Shown here one piece after another: positions 38,501 to 49,400 of a stretch of 64,000 nucleotides of DNA (its first letter is position 1; each line of letters opens with the position of its first letter). The DNA is from Takakia lepidozioides (lineage: Eukaryota; Plantae; Bryophyta): contig CM060731.1 of assembly GCA_030704615.1 (NCBI GenBank), forward strand, positions 16,926,001 to 16,990,000, read 5' to 3'. The notes under the pieces were generated by a model. It worked only from the letters and a program-made list of their open reading frames with translations. It did no database searches and was not told the origin of the DNA. The translations under genes were made by a program, and so were the position numbers.

Positions 38501-41500
38501 GGGTAGCTCAGTGGTAGAGCACCCCACCGGAATGGGGGAGGTCCTAGGTTCAATCCCTAGCCTGACCACATGCCAGTGGTTTTCCAAGACCAAAAAAGTA
38601 CTGCAGACTGCCGTCAAAACTGAAAGAAATCGTCAAGATCCATTAAGTACTTTTTTGGTGTGAATGCATGCCATGTTTGGAAATCACCTTGCATTTAAAG
38701 ATGTCTGGACTCTTCCCTTCTTCCTTGCTTCTTTGACAGTACTCATGATGTGGTCGAAGTTTTTGTTGGGACTGAACAGTCAAATGTGCTTGTGAAATTA
38801 CCCTATATGCAGAAGCCCGAGCGGACTGTTTTGGTGTCAGTTCGCGCAGAAGGTCCTATCAGGGTAAGCAAATTCACATGTAATTCTTTGCCTTCATTGT
38901 TCATTCCTTTGAAGATGTGGTTCATGCCCTTGATCATAAAGTGAGGACGACTGTGATGTTGCATAATGTAGGAGTTTTTAGGCATGTGGATTGTGCTGTT
39001 TGTTAACGCGCAAGTCACTTTTAAGGTTCTGAACTTGCTAAGGAAAGTAGTGGGACCACGTCAGTCACTTTCAGTCACTGATTTGTGAGTGGTATTGAAC
39101 TAACACCGTTGAAATGGAGTGGAGGTTGCCACCATGGTGGTGACATGAGAGGTTCTTACCCTAACTTCTCACTAGCCTTCTAGTGGAAGCTAGGGGTAGG
39201 TTGACATTGAGGTATAAGATTCGATGGATTGACCTTAGAAGGACTAAAAGTAAAGATATTCTCCAGTGGTCCGTAGGAGTCCAAGGATGGCATACCACTG
39301 ACCATAACTCCCCTACAGAGTCTGGTATTTGTGTGACCAGCATCATGTCTGTGCATCTGTAATAATTCCCATGCTTGCACCTTATTAGCTTCCATGGAGA
39401 CTCCTAGAAGTAGTCAGTTTGCTAGAGGTCGCCCAGGTACAGTAATGACCTGGAAAACTCATCTAGCCTGGGTGGGTTTGGTCTAAACAGTTGCACTAAT
39501 TCCATCACAGTTCTATTGACCATTTTTTCAAGGAGCACCAGATCATTGAGACAAACTAGCTGCATGACAGGTATTGAGCATAGTAGACACAGCGCTGCAT
39601 ACGATGAGGAGCTGTGATGGTGCCAGCTGCAATGGTCTGAGGCAGCCATTTGCAGAGAGTAGCCGCATACTTGAACCTGATGCTGAGTCACTGGAAGAGC
39701 TGTCAGTGCAGCTCTCCTTCATAGGACTATCTGTTATCGACTCTTTTCCACAGGTACTCCCATGCCTTTTGGAGTTGTCTTGGGCCTTGTGTCACTTAAG
39801 GCTGTCTTTGTAATTTGATGTAGATGAATACACATCCAAAACAGACTGGCACTTTGTGCTGCCCAGAAGCTCCTTGTGTCATCCAACTCATGTTTTGCAA
39901 TTATGTGAGCACATATTGACAGCAAGGCAAATGGAGTTTTTCCCACTCTGCAATTTCTTTCAGTAAATCTTTTGTGGACATTTTCCTGATGTTGTCTGAG
40001 TTGTTAGTAGCGATTATTTTTGGATGGGACAGGAGATTGTGTTTGCCTCTGCAAAGGGGGTGAGTCTCCAGTTGCTGCAGGGCCAGCACCAGCAGCAGAT
40101 GAAGCTAGAAGTTGCAGTGCTGCAGGTCGATAACCAGCTGCGCTATGCAGTCCACCCAGTCATGCTCTCTGCCACCAATGCACATCCAAGTCTTGAAAGT
40201 TCGGAGACAGCATCAGCAAATGAGAGTCATATTGGCATAGGTAATAACTTCAAGTTTTCAGATGGTGCGGCGTTGGCTATGGTGGTCGCCAAATGGCGCC
40301 GCCCGGCACGTTCAGTCGACTGTTTCCAGTCCATAAGCTTACGGTAAGTCGACATAGGAGTATCCCTTTTGTGTCCTTGCGTAAGTCAGTTAGATTTTCT
40401 TTGACTGTAGACATTACAATCTACACTAGCGATGACACTCCAGCAGTTTTCATAATTCAGTACCATGGGCGGTGTGAATGAGCTCGATATTGTAAGCTAA
40501 AGTGTATGTCATCAAGGCGCTCAAGAGGGCCATCCACCTTCATCAGCTATAGTGATTAAGGAAGACGTGAAGGCAGTTGTTGAATGGTAGTAATTGAATC
40601 TACCTTTCCGTGTGCAGCCTGGTGCCATTGCGACTCGAGGTGGAAGAGCAGATGGTGTCATGCCTGCTTGGCTTCATGGCAAACGTGACCTGGACCTTTC
40701 CTGGTTTGAAAACTAAAAAGCTAGGGTCTTCAAAAGTGCAGTTGTGGTCATTTGTACAATGGAGCCACCTGCACGGACCAGAACAGTATTCAGCCATCCC
40801 CTTGACCTTTGAGGTGGTACAAGTGTCGACTTCACATAACAAAGGCATTCGATTTAGTAAGGTTCTGAGACGTGTAGAAGAGTACCAGTGCTGGGCAGCT
40901 GCTGCAGCAGTGGAGCTTGTGGGAGGACCTAGGCAAAAGCTTCCATTTCTGACCAAGGAGAGACCCAAGGCCTACATCGAGATCCTCCATGTGACACCAA
41001 TTGAGCTTACTGTGAGGTATTCCTCTCTCATTTCCATGTCAATGTATTTCACTGGCAAAGCACTGGCAAATTTGCAAAGGAGTGCTTTTGGCAGTGTACC
41101 GTTTCAATTTATGATGCTCAAAGTATAGGCTAGGGTCTACAAGGCAGGGTATCCCAATTTGCTGGGATTGTACAGCAAAGTTTCACTCATGTGGCAGCCA
41201 TGTGTACTACCTGGATTGCATGTAGTCCTCCCTTTGACAGGAACTTAACTATATGGCCGTTTTTACACTTCCAACCATTTGGGGCTCGTTGGTTTGTGAG
41301 GGAACAGCTTCTCAAGCACACCATGGCTACCTAAAAGTAAGTCTGGAGCAGCAACAAGGTCACTGCTTTGGATGACGGGGATGTTGCTGCAGGTAGTTTC
41401 GTGAATTCTATTGATTTTCTTGCAGTTCTATGTGATGTCTAGAATCTCTTGATCCTGCTATTAGACTACATGTTGACTTCATTTCCTTAGGAAATTTTCC

Positions 41501-44500
41501 GGAGGGCATGCTCTTCACACCACAACCATGTTCCTAATAAGAACCAAACTGGCTGAAGATGACATGGGAGAAATTGTGCACGGTATGGCAATAGGTGAAT
41601 GAATTTTGGGATCTTTGGGAAGTGTCTTGGGACCTTTCCTCATATGAGAACTATGTGTCTGAAGGGGGTCAAACTATGGACAAATGAAATGGTGAATCAC
41701 TATCGTACAACCTGTGTATATGTATTCATTCCAGTTCTAACCTTTACCTTGTATTCCTTTTGCCAGTGTACTTGACCTCTGGGCTCTTACTTTCTCATCT
41801 GAAAGTAAGAGACCTTACAAAACTGAAAAGCTGATATTAAATTCCATCTGGGACCTAATATTGGAATGCTTTGAAGTCTAATTACTATGAGTGCACTGAT
41901 TATGAAGTGAAGATTTCCCCGCCTGAGTATCACAATTGCATTTGTTTTGTTGCTGGATGGCAGCACCATGTGATGGCATTAGCAGATGTGGAGGATGCAC
42001 GCATGCACTTGCGGCAGTTGACACTAGAACACCCCTTGGCAAGCTGGGATGTCATCTGTGGCATGATCACACGACATTACACGCGCCAGCTTTTTCAAGA
42101 AGTTTACAAGGTTGCTTTACACTCACTGCAAGCTATTTGACTTGCATCATCATAGAAGGGTTAGAAGTACCACACTTTACTAGAACTCCTCAAATTCATT
42201 CTTATCACTCTACATATGCTGGCAACTGTTCATGAGAATTGGCTGGTTTTTTCATCAAGGCTCTCATAAGGTAACTTAGTGGTGACCTGTGGACTGCAGG
42301 TGCTCGGGTCTGCTGATGTACTAGGCAACCCAATCCGCTTCGTGCGGAGTCTAGGTTCTGGTGTGTGGGACTTTGTTTCCACCCCGGTCCGAAGCTTTGT
42401 CCAGGTAAACTCAGATTGACCTTATCAATGTAGCTCATCCAAGGGCTTGTATGAGTCCACGGACTGTTGTGAGAACAAAGAAAGTGATTTAGTTCTGAAT
42501 GCTGAAATTTGCGAAACCAAGGCAGAATAGTCTATAAGCAAGAACTTCCAGAACTGGAGAAACACACTGGAACAGGATATAACATGAGCCAATTTGACTT
42601 TAATTGTCCATAACCAAGTTGCTTTTATTCAGCTAAGTCTTTGATATGGGTTGCGGTGTTCAGAGTCCAAGGGAGCTTGCAAGGGGGCTAGCTCAGGGCA
42701 CACAGAGTCTATGTAGTAACACTATCTTCGCCTTCAGCAATGCAGCCACACGCATGAGTAGGGCTGCTCATAAGGTCTGCTCTTAAATTTGACACAAACT
42801 TCGTTATGTTTGGCTGGGTGATGACTCTCGAAGTTTACTCCTGAAACTTACTAACCGTGCAAATGCTCTCATAAGTAGTGGGGGAAAGGATGGGGATAGG
42901 CTGGTCTGTTTCAGCCACATATATGTTAGCTGATGAGTATGTAAGGTGTGCCTGTCCTTTAGTCCTTGCCCTTGATTTACAGAGCCCCTTAACTCCATGG
43001 CAAACCAGGACAAGGTTGGTTGAGGAACCATGCTTAATTTTTGGAGGGGTACGTTCTCTTTGTTAGTTGCCCAACCATTCTGCAAGGATGTGGTCTCTAG
43101 GGAGATGTAATCATTGATTGTGCGCTGCCAATTTCAGGTATAATGTAATCTTGAGCACTTCAGTCTGATTGGATGATGACTGTTTGAGGGTATCTATGTC
43201 TGTGGTGCCTGTTTGTGTTTTCTCAGGGAGTGACAGCTTTTGCACTAGACAAGGAGTATGTTGCGAAAATGGAGAGGCGGCAACACAACCAGGCATATGA
43301 AAACCTGAGTGTCGTCAATGAGTTTCTAGAGGTGTGCAAATTTGTTGTTGTGTTCAGATAGTTATGGGCGTAGAGATGTTTGAGCATATTGGTGCTCTAA
43401 CCTCATAATAAAAAAGCAACTGCATTTAGAAAAGCAGAGAGCAATTGCAGTCCTTGTTGTTAGTGCTTTCAACACTTGAATATCAGTCACATATCTTTCA
43501 TGTGAATGGTATTGTTAGGCATGAATGTCTATGTACGACATGTTGAATCTGAGTAATGCTTGTTTGTGTGAGTCAACCCTGTACGTGGTTGGGCAGGTAG
43601 GTACATGTCTCTTGATGTTCAGACATGTTTTCTTCCACGGTCTCAAATATGTCCCTGCAGTTATCTTTGGCAGTTTTGAATCTCAAGTCATACATCAACA
43701 GCATGAGGATTTGTGGCATGGTGCTATGTTTCAGGGTCTCACAGGCTTGCTACAATCTCCAGTAAGAGGAGCTGAGAAGGCTGGTCTTCCTGGAATGATA
43801 TCAGGTGTGCCCATCAATGTAGTTCTCAATTAGCTATCTTCTTCCATCTCTTCCAGTATAACTTCATCATTAATGAACCTATTAACAGTAGTCACTTGCC
43901 AGATGTTCTGAATCATGTACAGCTGAATGGCATCCAAACATCATGTCATGGTGGATACAAGCATACCGCCACACCTGAATACATCAAAGCTTGGTGTGTA
44001 CCTGTAGGTCAGGGGCACAGTTAACCTCATTGGTGGGCGTCATGGACGTCTATGCTATGTCTGGCTGCATGTGGCTGTATGCTAATGTGATCTACATTCC
44101 TTTCTTAGGATCTCCTTTTATTGGGTTAGGGACAAAATGGGGGTTTTTGTCTAGATGAGGGTTGGCAAAGACGGTCAAAACAGGTTTGGGTTCAATTTCT
44201 AGTACCAATCCTGTTAGGAGGAACTCCCTCCTCTATGTAATCGTGGTGGTTTTCGTGAATGTGTAATCCTGGGTGTCTCCCCTCTGAGAGTAGGGGACCA
44301 TACGACCCCTGATCCAGGTCAGTTGTCTTTCGTAGGTTTTGTTATCAGGGTTTCTGTTGGCTTTCTGACATCATTCATCTTATTAGACGCATGGTGCCAC
44401 GCTTTATATGACTCCAGTGAAAGGACCTGAAAACTTTCTCTGTGGTTGGTCAACAGGGGCTGCAGTTGGAGCTCTGGGGGTAGTGGCAAGGCCGGTTGCC

Positions 44501-45297
44501 AGTATATTGGAGGTGGCTAGCAAGACAGGGCAAAGCATTTGCAATCGCAGTAGCCCTTCACAATGGCGTGCTTCTCGCATTCGGCTCCCCAGACACTTGA
44601 ATGAAAACTCGCCATTGCTTCCGTACTCTTGGGAGAGCGCTGTTGGAAGGGCTGTGCTGCTGGAAGCTGACAGTGGCTGCTTCAAGGATGAGGTAAGTCG
44701 ACAATCACTCTTCTCACAAGAACAATGGTTAACTGTCTATTTCCATCACCTCCACCTCATGCTCCGACATTCCTTGATCGTTACTTGACCTCTTGCTGCA
44801 CTGGTGTATTAATGATACGGGGTGAAGGAAGTGGGCTCATGTTGTGATCTTGTACCTACTTAGAGTGACCGTTCTGTCTGGTTTTGGGACAGATCCTGGT
44901 GGTATGCATGCCCCTGACACAGGGTGAGGAGTTTGTATTGCTGACCAAAACAAGGTTACTCAGGGTCAGCCGCTCTAAAGCATCTTTTATGGGTGAATCC
45001 ATCACATCCTCAGGAACGAAGTGGAATATGGAACTGGTGGCTGCGATTGAGGACATTATACAGATAGAACGCATTGGGAACTACGTCAGTGTGCTGCTTG
45101 GTCCTGCAAAGCGGGAGTTTATCAGAAGCCAACATCACTCAGGGCTGAGCCACAAAGCCATGTGCCTTCCCACTCATGAGACCCTTGAGCTTGCAGACTA
45201 TTTTGCAGCTGATCAGTTTCTTAGTATTTTGCGCTTGCTAGAGAGTGAACAACAGCAAAGACGGTCAACACTTTTGATCTCCACTTGGAGCCAATGA
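11586..45297 (+). CDS. VPS13: VPS13 bridge-like lipid transfer protein, VPS13S/SHRUBBY (At5g24740)-like; many exons (span given)
   Basis: Chorein-N start MFESAAYQILAGYLGHYVKDMQREQFRIGLWSGEVLLENVELRLEAFDYLQLPFTIKQGSVGKLRLQVPWKKLGWEP in exons 11586-11682, 12502-12579, 12944-13056, followed by 13829-13922, 14290-14333, 14896-14967. Large internal exons at ~25311-26933 and ~27682-29078. VAB/SHR-BD-like motifs (WSGGFALDQLGDTQVKVRN, MPYRIDNFS, YAWDEPCHPHRL). C-terminal DVLGNP, GLTGLLQSPVRGAEK, GVVARPVASILE. Stop TGA 45295-45297. Not every internal exon was resolved. Confidence 0.9.
13399..13656 (-). mobile_element. 3' fragment of intronic LINE family A (same family as 29623-30955)
   Basis: Minus-strand [36 protein letters not shown] matches the end of the 29597-30949 ORF. 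Direct repeat TCAAGAGAAGA at 13385-13395 and 13657-13667 is a candidate TSD. Confidence 0.85.
15402..15435. repeat. 17-bp tandem duplication (GTCCGCTACTGATGGCT x2) in a VPS13 intron
   Basis: Read directly from the sequence. Confidence 0.9.
18151..18183. repeat. 10-bp tandem repeat (GCTCTTCAAT x3), intronic
   Basis: Read directly from the sequence. Confidence 0.9.
29623..30955 (+). mobile_element. 5'-truncated non-LTR retrotransposon, family A (C-terminal RT + Cys/His finger; RTE/RTEX/L2-like), in a VPS13 intron
   Basis: Uninterrupted frame to TGA at 30947-30949 with WGLEANVSKCAVV, SYTYLGVEF, RPALEY and CPLC..SIHFLIHC. 15-bp TSD TCTATACACACCAGC at 29608-29622 and 30956-30970. Clade assignment is tentative. 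Confidence 0.9.
34350..34766 (+). mobile_element. 3' fragment of a second non-LTR family (B) with a (CATTT)n tail
   Basis: LGRFRVGSHNLRIETGRW..EEHFFYCPLYYEIR is a typical C-terminal motif of L2/RTEX-like LINEs. About 130 bp after the ORF stop is (CATTT)5 at 34742-34766. The 5' boundary is approximate. Confidence 0.75.
38226..38589 (+). mobile_element. Complete TRIM with a tRNA-derived sequence in each LTR (Helenus/Cassandra-analogous)
   Basis: LTR1 38226-38369 and LTR2 38446-38589 (144 bp, TGTTGG...CCAACA/CCAAGA, 3 differences). PBS TGGTATCAGAGCCA 38370-38383 (tRNA-iMet). PPT GAGGGGGAG 38437-38445. 76-bp non-coding interior. 5-bp TSD CCAAA at 38221-38225 and 38590-38594. Confidence 0.95.
38277..38348 (+). 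promoter_or_regulatory. tRNA-like cloverleaf / Pol III type-2 internal promoter inside the TRIM LTR (present in every full LTR copy)
   Basis: 72 nt: GGACGGG TA GCTC AGTGGTA GAGC A CCCCA CCGGAAT GGGGG AGGTC CTAGG TTCAATC CCTAG CCCGACC A. A box TAGCTCAGTGG, B box GGTTCAATCC. Promoter activity is inferred. Confidence 0.8.
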
Positions 45298-46483
45298 TTC
45301 TCTTCCCAGGCTGAATTTGTGGAAGTAGGACAAGTTTGACCAGTTAGAGGAACCCTGCATTGCCGGAAACCATGTTGGTATTTCCGTTCTTGTGTTTGTA
45401 AATTTATATGGCGGAGGCCATTGCCTGCCATCTAAGAAAAACACAAAGCAAAGAGAAAAGCTTGGTAGTTCTATATAATGCTTGATTGTCAAAGAAGTGT
45501 TGAAGCGGACGCAGTGCTCGCTCAACCCATTATTCTACATTGCAATTTCTTCGACCACACTTGCTCACCCTAGCCTAGGGAGCTGCATGTATTACAGATG
45601 CTCGCAACCATCAAGAAGCCTTTGAATCCTTTTGATGAGATTATATCGAATGAGTGCCAATGCCAGGGAAACATAATCTAATGTCTAAGAGATTGCATTT
45701 GCAGCCATCAATAGTCTTCCATCAACAAAGGAACTAACTGATATCATACAACAGCAGTCTGGTAGTATGAAACATGCTCATATGCTTCAACATTTCTGGT
45801 CTGAGCAACCCAATGGCCAGCAAACAACACCCCCCCCCCCCCCCCCCCCTTGAAGTTACTGTGATTAGCATCACTAGGTTGTCTCTCAACAGAATTGGAA
45901 CAACCTTCTTTGAGGTTTCTCCAACATCCCTCAGGATTTGCTCGCTTTGATGGATGCCTGTGAAGAAGAATCCGTGGGTGTCAGGGGGGATCCTCGACTG
46001 TGCAGAGGAGCAGAGGGATGGGGATGTGCTAGTAATGAGGGCAAGCAGTGTTGCTGCAAGGGTGCTGATGCCTTGCAGACCCAGCAGCAATCTGTAGATG
46101 TATATGCCTGAGCATGCGCTTTCTCATCTCTTCCACCACCGTCTCTGCATCTCTTGGGTTCCACATTAGCTTGGTTACGAATTAGCTAGTGTAAGCCTGC
46201 TCGATTGTTCTGGAGACACCCTTTGGGTGATGCCCATCTGCTGTATACTCTTATTTCTCGGAGTTAGATTTTGTTCAGAGCGAATCCTCAGTGCTCTGAG
46301 AGATGATGGAATTGCAAGCTTCGTCATTAAGTGGCCAGACCTGTGGGTGCCAGAAGAGGCAGTCGCTTTGAACAAATTCAGTTGGCCGTGTTGGGCAGTG
46401 GATTATATGTCAACAGTAGGAGCAGGGTAGGTATGTCGGTGAGAGGAAGATTTAACTCAGTTGAGTTACGAGAGAGGAACAGA

Positions 46484-49400
46484 ATGAAGCGATTAGTGTA
46501 TGTCAATGACAGTGATCTCACGTCTGGCCTCTACTGCGACAATAAAATTTCGAATACTAAATACAACCTTCTCAATTTCATTCCAAAAAATCTTTGGGAG
46601 CAATTCAGGTGCTTTCTCCTGCTTCCCCCTGATTAGTGGTTTCTGCCGAGTCTCTGCCTCATTAGTTCTATGTAGATCGCAGAGGAAAAAAATACGGATG
46701 CTTTGAAAAGTGTATCTTCATGCTCTGGTTAGATTACGTGGATCCATCTCTATGTATTTTCTTCTTGTTCCTAGGTGGTTTTCTCAAGTAGTTTGTATGT
46801 GCACGCGATGGATCAGTCGATGTAGAAAGAATGAAATACAGAAGAAAACTTAGAGATTGATTGGCATTACTTGCGTGAGCTTACAGTCTGTTCCTGATTC
46901 ATGTGTGTCGTGTCTTGCAAAACAAGTATGCTGCTTGTTGTGAAATTTTTGATGAAGTTGTGCTACTCAAGAAACCCTGAATTTGTTTGTGGGGTGGATG
47001 GGCGATATGTTGTGACAGTCGGTTTATGAACAAATATTTTCTGCTTATTGCATGTCTGCAATTATGGCCACTTATCACACCAGTCAGCCCAGCAAGCACA
47101 TGGGGTCCTCTACTCGCGATATTTGCAGTTTCTGCATCCAGAGAGGCCTGGGATGACTACTGTCGCTACTGCCTGGACACAATAGCGAATGAGAGGAACG
47201 TTTGGGTTGTGAAGAAAGGTGTTAAGACTCGCGTATGAGACCTTTCCATCTTTCTCCCCAGAACAGTATCTTTGTGTGAAAATGTTTTCTTAGTCCTTAC
47301 GAGGTTTCCCACTTCTGTTCTGAGTAGGTGCAAATTGTTCTCATTTCAAAATGCTGGAAGATTAGAATTATGGTCTGGACTGTGACCTAGCTTCCAGACA
47401 GCTTATGGCAGTGAATTTGGCCTACCCAGCGAGGGGCCTCAGGCACACGTAATGTGCTGTTCGACATAGGGTATGAATTACTGAATGGCAGGGCACTAGA
47501 CTGGATGCAGATCCAAGCACAGGAGATCCAAGTGGGTGATGTTGTATGGCTGCGCGAAAATGATGAAGTGCCATGTGATCTGGTGCTTCTGGGCACTTCA
47601 GAAGCTCCTGGTCTGTGCTATGTTCAAGTGTGTGTTCCCTCTCAGCCCAATTTAGTGGTGTACAGTGTTGCATTCTCAAGCATTTAGGACTGATTGGTAG
47701 GATTGGCTATGGGATTGGGTTATCTTCTATATTCCTCTGGACAATTTCGTCTGGGGGAAAATCGATATAACTAGATGTCAGGTGGTGGCTTGGTCTTCTC
47801 CAGGTGATTCTGATGTATCTAGTAATCTGGCTCCCCAATCATGCGGTTGGTGGTCAGAAACCAGGAGCCAAATAGGGTTAAGAGTTTTAGCGGATACTAA
47901 TGCATTTACAACTATATAGCATTATGATTTAATTCAACTATTCCCTACAATCTATGGGAGGGCTGACAAACAGCAGATATCAGGAGTAGTGATTTTCTCC
48001 TGTATGTTTTGTTGGAGGTGTCAAGGCTATAGCCCTTGCACGGCACTCTGAGAATAGAAAGGGACGGGTAGCTCAGTGGTAGAGCACCCCACCGGAATGG
48101 GGGAGGTCCTAGGTTCAATCCCTAGCCCGACCATACGCCAGTGGTTTTCCAACATGGTATCAGAGTCAAGGTTGGGGCGGTGGTCAGAATGGGTGGGCAT
48201 CAGCTATAAGGGCTATGCCTTGAGGGGGAGTGTTGGAGGTGTCAAGGCTATAGCCCTTGCGAGGGGACGAGAAATTGTCAGGACATGCGGGTTCAGTCCA
48301 AGTCTTGGCTCCATCCATATTAACATACTTACTGGTTCCTGATTTGTTGATGATCGTTGACCAGTGCCCTAATGTCTCCATCAAACAGCTGTGCAAATGT
48401 TAGGTCTGTAGAATGGCTTATGGCTGCCATATTCATCGAGAGCTATGCCTATTGTGCAGTCAAAAAAGTGCTGTGAACTCAAACGTGGCAAATCTAATCT
48501 AGAGACCTCCTACCAAACTCAAGATGTTCTGGACTAATCAGACGATTCTGGTTTGTCTGTTTAGACAGCTGCAATGGATGGGGAGACAGACCTAAAAACA
48601 AGAACAGTGCCTCCTCCTTGCACTGGGCTCACCAATGAACTGCTCCATAAAATCAAGGTTAGTTTCTTCGATACTCGTCAAACCACTGTTGGCATATGAG
48701 AAGAGGGAGAGAATGTACTCATAAGACGTTGTTCACCGTAGCCTTGTGGCCATAGACCCTGCGCCCAGTTTGGGCGGAACAAAAGGGAATAGACACTAGC
48801 TTTGTGAGGGACTCACTCCGGTAGTGGGACTTACCTTGGTATAAATATTTAGTTTCGGCTTTCCAGATATCCTCTAGAAAGTCCTCCACACAAGCATCAA
48901 TCTGCTTTGTCAGAGCTGCCCAGCAAGTAGACCCCAACATGGCCAGGGCTTTAGGCTCAAACTCCAGATTTTCAAAGTTGGTGAATAGAGGTGCAGGAAC
49001 AAGGTGTACCTGAAGAGGGTCACTCTCTGGTGAATACCCCCCTGGATGATGTATCAGAAAATGGATATAGTCTTCAGGTTACCCGCACTTTGGGCCAGTA
49101 CAATCTCCTTTTCCTCTCTGCATCAGTTTTCTGTTCAAATGTAGGCTCCCTGCCTTGAGTTAAAATTTCAGTCTAGTACCAAGGGTAGGTAAGGCCATAC
49201 TTAATGTCCTCACCCCTGCCACAGACTGGAAACAGGTTCAGAGAAGTTTTATGAAGTTTTCAGAGAACTTTATTTTCATCAGACAGTCGGAGAGAGAGAG
49301 AGAGAAGGAAACTTCATAACAGCTGGCCTGCAAGCCCAAGGGATAAAGTAGAAGGATAAGCATAACCACATCTAATGTTCACCAAGAGGCAGTTCCTTGT

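Noticed and set aside
45829-45849. Poly-C tracts (also 6778-6792) as G-quadruplex or regulatory elements
   Set aside because: Simple homopolymers with no supporting context.
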